Shown: positions 12,801 through 24,830 of the stretch, in pieces
Position numbering within the stretch: the first letter of the stretch is position 1
How the letters are laid out: every line of letters starts with the position of its first letter
DNA from: Eledone cirrhosa
Lineage: Eukaryota
Direction of reading: 5' to 3'
Length of the DNA: 64,000 nt
NCBI GenBank assembly: GCA_964016885.1
Contig: OZ024740.1
Location: 176,266,001 to 176,330,000, forward strand
Translations under genes and position numbers: made by a program
The notes under the pieces: generated by a model
What the model was told of the DNA's origin: nothing
Databases searched by the model: none
The model's input: the letters and a program-made list of their open reading frames with translations, nothing else

Positions 12801-15800
12801 ATATAACCCGAAGAAGAGGCCAGCGGGCATTCCTGCAATTTCAAGGATGATTTCCGGAGCTGCAGCAGTTCCTCGTCATTCTGTTGATCCGCTGCAATCT
12901 TCTGGAGATCGATAGTGGCAGTGGTGTGGATTGCGTTAAGCTTCATGCGCGATAGGGCATCAGCTGCTGAGTTGGTGGCACCCTTAATGTACCGAATATC
13001 AGTAGTGTACTGAGAAATGAAGTCCAGATGTCAGACCTCCCTGGGTGAGTGTCGGTCAGACTTGGCGTTGAACGCGTACACTAGTGGTTTGTGGTCGGTG
13101 TATATCGAGAACACACGACCTTCTAGCATGTGTCGAAAATGCTTAACAGCAAGGTATGCTGCCAATAATTCACGACGGAATGTGCTGTACTTAGTTTCGG
13201 CGGGTTTTAATCACTTAGAGAAAAAAGATAAGGTCGCCAAATATCGCCAGAGAATTGTTGAAGCACACCTCCAACTCCGAAATCGGATACATCAGTCAAT
13301 AAACACATTGGGGCGTCCGGTTTGGGGTAACTCAGCATTGTAGCCTCCGACAACATTTTCCTCAACTCAGCGAAAGCGGTACATTCTTTTTCGCTGAGAT
13401 TGATGTTTGCGTTTTTGGTTGTACGCCTCCGCAGCAAATATGTGAGTGGTTGGGCTGTCTCTGCACAGTGGGGTATAAATCTTCTATAGAAGTTTACCAG
13501 GTCAAGAAATTCTCGCAGTTTGCGGAGAGATGTAGTTTGTGGAAAATCAATGATGGATTTGACTTTCTCCTTAAGTGGGCGAATACCATCTTTGTCAATG
13601 ATGTGTCCCAGAAAATAAAGGGACGCAACTCCAAACTCACATTTGCTGGGGTTGATCACAATTCCGTATTCACGCAAATGTGTGAATAGAAGATTCATGT
13701 TCTTCATCGGAGCTGCTGGCCACCAGTAAGTCGTCAATGTATGCGTATACAAAAGGTAGATCTGGTGACGAAAGGCATACGCAGAAATTCGAACATTCCA
13801 AAGGGTGTTGTGACGGCGGTCTTAGGAATATCAGCGGGCTCTACATTTATCTGATTGTAAGCTCGCGCAAGATCGATCTTCGAACATATGCGAGCTCCGT
13901 GCAGCAAACTAGAGAAGTCCTGTAGATGAGGCACTGGATAAGAGTCAGGAACGGTGCAGTTGTCCAGTGCATGGTAGTCGCCACAGATTTGCCAGTCGTT
14001 CGACGACTTCTTGGGTACACAGTGTATGGGTGAGGACCAGTTGCTGCTGGACGGACGTATGATGCCGAGATCCAGCATGTGCTGAAATTCTTGTTTGATG
14101 GACTTCAGCCGGTCTGGTGGTAGCCTTCTAGGTCGTGCAGCGACAGGTGGGTCGTGTGTTTTTATGTGGTGTGTGACGTCCTGTTTTACAGGGCAAGCGT
14201 TGAATAGTGGTCGAGCTACGTCTGGGTATTTGTTGATTATGTTGTTGCTGATCGTGAAATGACTGGACTGACTGTGGCTGTCTTAGCGGCTATGCCGCGC
14301 ACAGCAAGACCAGTGGAGTTGTCAACGAGTCGTTGGTTTTTCAGGTCCACTAGCAGCGAGAAGTGCTGAAGAAAATCAGCTCCTAAGATAGGGGTCTGCA
14401 GCTTAGCCACAACGAATACCCACTGGAAAGTGCGGCGTAGTCCCAAATTTAGTGTCAGGGACTGTTCTCTGTAGGTCGGAATATGTGAGTGATTCACCAC
14501 ATGGAGCCATGCTGGTGTCTCTTTTCTTTTTCCAGGAACGCAGGAAACCGGGTTGATACTGACTTCAGAACCGGTGTCGACCAGGATACGCGTGCCTGTG
14601 ACGCGATCCTGAATGAAAAATAGGCGACTTTGGTTATGAGGGCCAGAAACGTCCGTCGCATTCAGTTTCTGGCTGTGTCATTTCCCTGATTCGACAAATG
14701 AACAGGGATGGCTGCACTTCTGCGCTCGTCCCCCGAATTTTTGGTGGTACCAACACATTTCTGGTGAATTCCGGTATGCGCTCGGACTTCTTGAGCGACC
14801 AGAAAATCGGCGAGTTCGACTGTTGGACCGACGCGTGGCAGGGTTGGCCAGTGACAAGGCCTGAATTTGTTGTGTCAAGGCCTGTATCTATGTTGTTTGC
14901 TGTGCCAGTAACTGGTGTAGATCGGGCATCTCTGTGGCACTGGAGGGCTGAAGGAAAGGATTGGTGGAAGGCACGGCTGGCGTCACATTCGCTATTTTTG
15001 AGTGCGGATGTGGTACCTCCATGATCTTATCTGCCAGCTCGGCGAGTTCTTCTATGGTGGTGGACTCCCTGGTGGACGCTAAGACAAATTGTCTGGCAGA
15101 GGGCAAACACTGGAGGAAGAGTTGATTCAAAATTTCATCCGGGAGTTTATGTTCTCCCAGGAGCCGCTTCATTCGCTGTAGGAGTTGCGTCGGCTTTTTA
15201 TCTCCTAATTCCTCCGATATGAGGAGCTGGTGCAAGTGCTTTTGCTGCGACTCCGACGACCTCTTTATTAATGTTGTTTTAAATGTGTCATATGACACAG
15301 AGCCGGGTGGTGCTAAAATGAGGTCTCGAACCTCATTCATAATCTCCGGAGACATCGAACCGATGATATGTGTTAGACGAGATGCCTCGGTAACAATCCG
15401 GTTCGATGAGAACTACGCTTCGATGTGCGCGAACCACAGTGTTGGATCGTGCACCCAGAATTGTGGTATCCTTAATGTAAATGCCGCCCGGACTGCCATT
15501 TCTGCTGTAGATGAATCGTCGTGTGCCAGAGACATCGTTTGTAGTGAGTAATCAGAAGATTGTGTGTCTGTTTTAGGGGGTCACCAGTTGTAACGGAATA
15601 TTAGTGGTTGTAACGGATAGTGGATAGATGGAACTGTTGGTATGATGGTTTCAATGCAAAGAATAATACCAGGATTGTGTTGTTACAATGTTTATTTTAT
15701 TATAACAATATTCAATTTGAATATTGAATGATAAAATCAATAACACGAAATATTCGTACAATAATTTGGTGGCTCTTCGAGCCACGTAAATGCAAGTATC

Positions 15801-18800
15801 ACAGAATACGATTATAATATAATTTGTACTATATCCGAAAGATACAACGTGAATGAACAGAAATGCTGCGTGTAAAATGCAAACAAAGTATCACAGAATA
15901 CGATTATAATATAATTTGTACTATATCCGAAAGATACAACGTGAATGAACAGAAATGGTGCGTGTAAAATGCAAACAGTGTGAACTTACTATGAACGCGT
16001 GTGTGCGTATCAGTATATTTGCTTGTTTTAGTAGTAGTAGTAGTAAGCGATCAGCCAGGCGGGTGAGAAATTAGTGACAGACTGGTTTTTCTTGACGAGA
16101 GCTTGTAAATGCGACTTGTCTTGTCTGTATATCACTTCTTTTCTGTCGGGGCGTAAACAACCCCTGTATTTGTAAGGGTTGAAATTAGAAGGATAGATAT
16201 ATCAGCTTTTGTATGTATTCAATACAAACTTTTGATCTCAGAGGTGTTCTACATATAATGTTTTTAATAAAAACATTCAAAATGATCAGTTTGGTGCGTT
16301 TATTCATGAGTGTTTGTATTTGTGTCTGTGGGTAGCGAATGTGTGACGCAGGGTGTTTCTGTGTTTCTGTGCAATTTGCTGCACGCACGTTTTTGCATTG
16401 TATTTGTTGAAGGTTAAATAATGTTGGAACGTCAAGTTTACATTCAAAAAGTCGTTTCAAAATTGACCTTTGAAATAATGTAAATTTATAAAATGTGTTT
16501 AGTATCTCCCAAGGGGTTGGTTTTCTATGCGTAAACAACTCAGAAAGATGGATATATCCTCTGTCAGATGGATATATCCTCTGTCAGGCGTAAACACCTT
16601 TGACCTGTGTTTAGCATCTCCCAAGGGGTTGGTTTGTCGAGCGAAAACAACTTACCACGGCTTGTCCCAGAGGCGGGAAAGCTCAGATTCGGTTTCGAAT
16701 CTTCGCCGCCGTTATACCTTCTACAAATGTAATGCACAAACATGTGTGCAGAAATATACGAAGACAAACAGAAACATACAAATAGCCACAACACAGAAAT
16801 GGATACACACATGCATAAACCCACCAAACTATCGAATTTGTATCATTATATTTCAGTCATGATGATATGTAGAGCACCTCTAAGACTATAGTTTGGTATT
16901 GAATACATACAAAAGCTGATATTATTAGCATCGCTTAAATTAAAGGGTAGAATTAACATCATTTCCCAAATTCAATTAATCAATTAAAGTAAGGACAGCC
17001 GATCAGAACGGGCACAAGTAACAGAAACAATATAATCTCAAGTGTGACTAGATGGGTTCTCAGCAATTATTATCATATAATCAAGAAATATTATTTAAAA
17101 TATACTTGTGTACAATCACTTATTTCATTCATACACCATATTAGGAAACTTCTGTTAGAAATCAGATTTCCTATACTTTAAGTATACAGAAACATTTACG
17201 TTACATTAGATGCTGAAGGTGAAACATTATGTTTAACTCCAAGCAGGTTTGTAATAAGTTGCCAACATATTACTGGTTTTCTTGATATTATCTAAGAAAC
17301 CACACATAGTATATTTTCTAATATATATATTCCTTGGTTCCTTTTTCGTTTACAGAACCACCTACCAACGAACCACGAAACGATTCCCATACAACAGGTA
17401 TATGACGAAACATCTTTCATTATATACCCTGTCATAACTGCTGGCCTTGTGCCAAAAGTAGAAACAATTATATTATATATACCTCTTTAAATACATAATT
17501 CTTTTACATAATATATATGGAAAATTCAAATTTGGGGGCAGAAGGTAGGGTTCAATATCTATATTAGTATATATGTTATATAAAAACAAGAACGTATTTG
17601 GGAGAAGTGTGTTATCTGTATCAATGTAACAACTACATTTTATAAATTTACATTATTTCAAAGGTCAATTTTGAAACAACTTTTTGAATGTAAATTTGAC
17701 GTTTCTATATTGTTTAACTTTCAACAAATGTAATGCAAAATGATGCGTGTAGGAAGTTACACAGAAACACACAAACACCCCGCCTTACATATATGCTACA
17801 CACAGTCACAAATTTCAAACACACATGAATAAACACACCAAACTGCCCATCTTGTATGTTTAATTAAAAACATTATGATATATAGAAGACTTTTGTGACT
17901 AACAATTAGTATTGAATACATACAAAAGCTGATATCTTTAGCGTCTCTGAAATATAACGGCAGAATTAACTTAATTTTCCGAATTCAATTAATCAAGGAA
18001 AGTAAGGTGAGCCGATCAGAACGGACACAAATACCATAGTCAACATAAACTGAAGTGTGGCTAGGAGATGGGTTTTCAGCAACCACTATCATATATACAA
18101 GAAATATTATTTAAAATATACTTGTGCACAATCAGTTATTTCATACATACCCCATAGTAGGAAACCACTGTTTGAAATCAGATTTCATAAACATGAAGTA
18201 TACAGAACGATTTACGTCACATTAGATACTGAAGGTGAGAGGTTATGTTTAACTCTCAGAAAGGTTTATCTAATTTTGGAACGTATTTCTGTTCTTTTTT
18301 AAATGTTACGTATAATTGATTCCAAACGCAATATATTTTCTAAAATATATATTTCTTTATTCTTTTCTATTAACAGTATATGACAACGCACGACGAAACT
18401 ATTATTTTACAACAGGTGATATGATGGAACATGTTATATTTTATTATATACTAGCAGTTTAGCCCGGCGTTGCTCGGGTTTGTTCATTTGCTATGAAAAG
18501 TTACATGCAGGTAAACGTAGCTTGAAAGCGAATAAGCTTATCAATTAAGTGCATAAAGCAGTTGAACCGGTTATTAAAAGTTATGAACCAATTAGCATTT
18601 TGGACAATCAATGATGGGTTAATAATCTTCCAATAGCGAATTTAGCAGACCAAAGTTGCAAGATGGTGGCCCTGATGCCGCTGGGTGTCACATCTGTCCG
18701 CCATTGGTAACCCTACCAGGAAATAGTTTTCCAGACGGCATAGCTCCAACACATCCAACACATGCACCAACATCTATAGCACCTCTTTGTAGATGATATT

Positions 18801-21800
18801 GCGTGTCATCCCTTGAGGAGTGTAAGCAAAAAGTCCATTCCTGCTCCCTACGTGGGAACAGACAACATGTGTGTGTGTGGATGCTACATTATTCGAGGTT
18901 GGCGTCTACAACGCTCGCCCGATCTCGCTCAAATTTGCATACAGCACTCCTCATGACCCTTTACATTGCTTAGGCTACTTTGTTTTTATAGGTCCCCCCA
19001 GGGGCCCGCAATCCACCTTTTTGTCTATTTTGGGTGAAATCGGGAGATGAGGTTGCATTTTATGCACGCGTTAACATTTTTCCTTTTGAGTTTTTTGACC
19101 CGGTTTTTTGCTAATATGGGTAGAAATGAGTCTAAATTTTGTTGATGTGCTCGAATATTTCGAAATTCGGTCGAGAGTGAAGCTCGAGGTCGAATCTCCA
19201 CTTCGTATATAGAGAGACAGGAAAAACAGGTCTTATAGTAACATAAACAAAATAATTGTTGTGAGCAAAATAAATTTCCAATTCATGAAGGAGGGGAGGG
19301 AGGCTAGGTAAGTGTTGTGTGTGTGTTCACCTTTAACCAAAGGAAGAAAATGTTGTTAGGAAAAATAAGTAATGTTAAACAGGGCTTGTTAAGAAGAGCG
19401 ATAACGTACCTCTCTGCCCATTGTAGCGCTTATAACACTGTTTTAGCAGATGCTGGTCGATATGAATTTACCATTGCTGTAGCCATCAAACAATTTTACG
19501 TAGGGCCTCTTAAATAGTGTTGTGTGTGCGTTCACTGACAGCACTAAAAATGAGGGCTCACCATCATAATTTCGGCCCTAAAAAGGGCCGTTTGATCGTT
19601 CACTTGCAGCACTTGAAAGGACTTTGACTGCGTTCTCCAACGGCCGCAAAAAGTACTTCAGTTGCGTTTATTGGCAGCCATTAGAATGACTCTGTATGCG
19701 TTCACGATTTGTTCAGCCGCCTTAGATTGCTGCGCCGATTATCAAGCTGGGTTCCTCTCTGAAGGCGATCGCCTTTAACCGAGGTAAACATACGTTTTAG
19801 TTGAGAGACTGTTTAAAAGCTCATCAGGCTGGCTGAAGAAATGGTGATTACGGACCTATCTCCTCGCTGTTGCATTCACAACACCTCGTTGTAAACGATG
19901 TTTCTTGTTTTTCCTCAGCGTGCAAATGCAGAAAGACTTTCCCTGTTGCCCACTCTAGAGCACCCAATGTACAATTGTCCGTGTGAGAAACACGGTTCTT
20001 CCAGAAGAAGTCCGACCACAGAAAGAGTTTGTTCCTGGGACTTGTTGATGGACATAGCAAATCTGACCCGAAGTGGAAATTGGAGTCTTTGGAAGGTGAA
20101 CGGAATTTCTGCTCCCGAGGGAATGAGAGGAATTCTCGGAATGAAGACATCATCACCTTTTCCGCATCCAGAAAGGATTGTTGCTTCGATGACATGTGCC
20201 ATCAATATTTTTACAGCCAGCCGTGTCCCGTTGCACATTCTTGGTGGTTCCAAATTCCGCAGCAGCATTACAGGGGTGCCAACTTTAAGGAGAAGCATGT
20301 GAAGCGGTAGTCCTGGGGGTCACCTCTTCATTGGGATCTGGCATCGTGTCAACAGATTTGTAAGTGTGAAAAACACCAGGAAGGGAGTGCAGTAGTTGGT
20401 CGTTGGTTTTGTTAACAGCAACGTTTTTTGGAGCTAGCACTGCTCTTTCACACAACCATGCGTCGTTCTGGTAATTGTCTCTCAAATCTGGAAACACTTT
20501 GTCTTTCAGTTCCCCCGCAGAATTAACTGAGGTCGAAAAGGGCCACACTTCCAACTCTCCTGCAGCGTCTAGAGGTATTCTGCCGTCGCCAAGTTTCAAA
20601 ATGTTCTGTGCAAATTCTGCGGACGTTTGGTCGCCGTGTAATTGAACTCTCATGTTGGTTGTAAGAATCAGTGTCCTGACATGGCGCCACAGAAGAGAGG
20701 ACTTTAGGCATGCTTGGACCTCATCTGCTCTTGTGCCTTTGGAATGACGGGAAGAGTCTGCCCGAAGCCACCCGAAAGCAGAAGCGTAACACCTCCTATG
20801 GGAGCCTGGCAGCCTCTGATGTCCTTTAGAGCTCTGTTTAATGCGTTCAGAGCTCGCTTATAGACCATGGTGCACTCATCCCACACAATGAGCTGACATC
20901 GTTTTAGGACTTGGCCCTGGTCGGAGGTCTTGCTGATGCTGCAAGTAGGCGTTTCTGACTTTGTTAAATTGAGAGGCAATTTAAAACTGGAGTGTACGGT
21001 GCTGCCACCGGGCAACAAAGTGGCAGCAATTCCAGAAGAGGCAACAGCAACCGCAATGTCCTTGTGCATCCTGACTTTGCAAGGAGGAGTCTCGTTAAAA
21101 ATGTTTTGCCCGTCCATGCAGGAGCATCCAGAAAGAACATACCTCCTTTTCTGTGGCGCACATGGTCGGCAACAATGGTGTAAGCATGACGTTGGTCCGG
21201 AAGAAGTTGTGGTTCAGTTTCAAGGAGGTACTTAGTAAGAGCATCGACGTCGTAGGACGTTTCTCGGAGAAGAGCTGTAGGAAGTACGTTTGGCTCTGTA
21301 CGGATTGTTTGGGGCAGACCATATGAGAGCAAATAATTTCCGCCGAGTGATGCAACTCTATCCTCTATATCAAACAACGCTAGATTGAAGACCTCGTCGC
21401 TGTTACCTTCCATCTCAGGGTATTGCACTTGCGCCTGACGTTTGAAGTCCTCGGATAAGTCATCTTTATATTTGATCCATAAAGAGATAGGATTACTCAG
21501 TTCGCAAGTTTGCAGCAGTACTGCAAATAGAGATCGTAGGCGCATAGGCGATTGATATGCAATAGCTTCGAATAAAGTGGCATCCCACTGCGCACCGTTT
21601 TCTAGCAGGCCGCGCTTGAAGCAAGCTTCCCTGTAAGTGCTGCACACAGAACCGTCGGCAGTTCTAAGGTCATGAAAGGACTGGGGTCCTCTAACCTCAT
21701 GTAGCAGAAGACGGGGGTAGAAGCACTCATGCTGTTTCGGGTGCACTGTCAAACTTTATGCCAGGATGTCCATCAACAGGCTGACCTACCTTTCTGCGAA

Positions 21801-24783
21801 CCCATTGCTTTTTATTCCACGTGTAATAGAACGACACCTGAGGATACAGCAGGGTTTGAGCAAATGAATCGGCCTGACAAAGTTTGAAGAATGCAGTAGG
21901 GGTGGTTTCCCGTGGTTTCTCCACCATTTGAACAGCATTAACGACAGTGAAGTACACAATCTTTGACCGTTCTCCAGGTGGACTGCGAGTTGTTCAATTG
22001 CAGGGTGCCTTTGGTGTATAGGGAAGCCGAAAGTACGCCAGAAACCCTCGTTGCTGCTGATGTAACGGCCAACTTGGTATTGCGTGACCTCATCACGGCT
22101 GTTGTCCTATTGAAGACCGAACATAGCAGCGTCTGAACCCTTATTCACATATTTACATATGTACTTGATTGACTTGACGGAATTACAGAATTTGACATTG
22201 ATGTGAGCACCGAAGGTCTTGGAAAGAAATGGGCATTATGGCACTATCCATCTGTTGTCGACCTCGTGCTGTCCAACCGTTGCTGTAAAACTACCGTCTC
22301 CGGGTTGACGTCGCCTGTACAGTGGGTATCCGTCAACGCCAGTCTGGGTTTCTTGGAGGAACTTTCGGGGAAATCTTTTGCTGCAGACATTGTCGTTCAA
22401 GCAAGGTGAGTTTAAATTGAAGCCCCGCCCACATGGACCATGGACAATGTTTATCTTCACTATGTAATAGAGGTCTTTGTCTATAAACGGATCGGGAAAC
22501 TCTGCGGAGATGATGATGTCAATGTCATTTGAAGATATTTTTGTTGACAGCCAAATGCGGATGTGGGCGTGCGGTAGGCCCCTCTTCTGCCACTCTACGG
22601 TGTACATGTTGCACTTTACTGGGCCAAAGACTTGGCCTCTCTTGATGAGCTCCATGAGATTGATAAGCTTAAGCCGAAAGACTCGGGCCAGGATGTCATG
22701 CCTGTCTTTGGCCTGTTGCTCTTGGAACAGTTCTGCCCCGATCTCCTTCCACTTTCGGTTGAAAGTGAATGTGATGAACAGATCAGGCCTGCTGTAATGC
22801 CGTACGTAGGTCATAGCATCCTGCGTTCTCTTATGCATGTAACGCGGACTTCCGGTGAAGGTGGAGAGGAGAATGCAGACTTTTCCTACGCTGCTGGGAG
22901 CTGCGTCATTGTTGATGGCATCTCGGAGATGGATGTAGCTCTCGGACCGCAGTTGCCTTTGGTGTGACCGTATGAAACAGTCTCTCCGATTCCATTTTTT
23001 AACACACATCAACGGCAAATTTCTGAAGCAGGTCTCTTGACTGGTGCAGGTGATTGAAGGAATAGAGGACAACCATGAAGCGGTAGGAGTAGAAATCCAT
23101 GCATGAAACTGGTTTTTTGACGGAGTGTTGAGTGATTACTCGATTATGCTGGTGAATTCCGTACTGATAGCCGTCCTCACCATTTACAAAGAGAAGTGGA
23201 TACTGGAGCGCATCGTAAGACCTATGTGTTTCGCTGATTCGCTGAAGAGTGCTATCTCGACGCTTGAGGACAATGTCTCGTGGATTATGCTCACCCCATG
23301 CATAAGTACAGCGATTTCATTGCATGCAGGATAATTATACCGACCCGGATGCTCCCCAGATGGCATTTTCGAGGCATCAATTACCACATTAAAATTGGCT
23401 GTGGTATCTGCTTCCAAGGCATACTTGAAGCTAATTACATAATTGATTTTTGTGTGAAGAATGTCTTGCAATTTCCTAATAAGCTCGACGTTGGGACCAG
23501 GTGAAATGGCGTTCCTCATGGCTGCCTGCTCGTTGACATTCCCAACAAAGTACAGCTGAAGAAATTGAGGTTCTTGATTGGCGGCAGGTTGGAGGGATCG
23601 ATTCTATGGTACACCTGACCTTGAACCTTAAATGTGGGCATAAATCCGCCTTCCTTGACAATGTTCGCCCCGAAAGATGTCATTTGGAAAGCACAGTTAT
23701 ACCTCCGGATGTAAGTCAGGAAATGTCGTGACTCCGCAGTACTGCCAGAATATAGGAGCTTCAAAGTTTGTGGTGATCCTCCAGGGGATGTCATTTTACT
23801 TTTCCATTTGCGCAACACAATCCAGGTGTTTCTCCGGGCCACTTTTTTGCATTGCAGAAAGAGCACGTCTTTAACACTCCCAATTCGCATGTCTGGATGA
23901 CCACTGTAATCAAAGTCAGGGTTGTACTCGAATGCTTTCAAGGACGATCGTGAGCTACACGGCCTTGAAATACCCTGTCCAAAGGCCCTTCGTTGAGCAT
24001 TACATTGTAGTCGAATGTCTCGTTCTTGCGAGGTCTGTGTAGCTCGCACAGCAGCAGTATTCGCAGAATCCGTACTCCGACGTCTTTTACGCTGGTCGTA
24101 CGTCTCGGCAGCTCGCGCAGCAGCAGTATTCGCAGTATCCGTACTCCGACGTCTTTTACGCTGGTCGTCCGTCTCGGCTGCTTGTGCAACAGAAGTTGAT
24201 GCGGCATTAGCGGTTCGGCGAATGGTTCGTTGATTGTCTGTTTCAAGTGCTCTTCTGGTGGCAGCACGTTTAGCATCTTGCGACCGTCGAATAGCAGATT
24301 CCACTGACGATTCGTTTGCCCGCCCTGTTCGTGTTGTCGCTGCTTTCGCAGTTTTTCGGCCAATGGAGTATCTCTTCCTTCGAGGCATGACCTAAAAGCA
24401 GTACGAAGTACACTGAAACTCACTGGTAGAGTAAGGAGTAAACTCGTCAGTGAATTAAAAACCGATGCATGTGATTTCCGAACGGGGTATGGAGAGGGGT
24501 AACAGTAAGAGCAGCGGTTGGAATGAGTGTAAGTTAGTGAATATGTTGTCAGTGACAAAAATGGCGTAAATGAAACGCCACACGCAAGTACACACACACA
24601 CAGAAGCATGCAAACGCAGAAACGCACGCAAACTCACACACACACATGTTAATAGATTTAACTCATAATGGAACCCTGCGCGAACACACACACACAGGCG
24701 CGCACGCACACACACACACACGCGCACGCACACACACACGCACACGTGTTAATTACTCATAGCTTTCCTTCCCCTCTTCCAGC

Positions 24784-24830
<47 letters not shown>

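Larger units (their letters stand above)
10970..16716 (-). mobile_element. Ty3/Gypsy LTR retrotransposon, decayed (gag-PR-RT-RNase H-IN)
   Basis: Gag ([12 protein letters not shown]; [18 protein letters not shown]); protease LVDTGSEVS at ~14570; [21 protein letters not shown] and YAYIDDLLV at ~13735; RNase H; integrase [30 protein letters not shown]. Primer-binding site TGGTGACCCC at 15577-15586; polypurine tract GGAAGGGGGGG at ~11208-11218. Many stops and frameshifts. Confidence 0.95.
7335..18450 (+). repeat. Older, diverged monomers of the same array, interrupted by mobile elements
   Basis: The same motifs (GAATACATACAAAAGCTGAT, ATCAAACGGCAGAATTAAC, TAGATACTGAAGGTGAGA) occur at ~7335-8776, 10753-10970 and 16717-18450. 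Confidence 0.9.

Noticed and set aside
19898-24233. Plus-strand ORFs over the Helitron (and over the Gypsy element at 12230-15551)
   Set aside because: Antisense shadows of the transposon coding strand.
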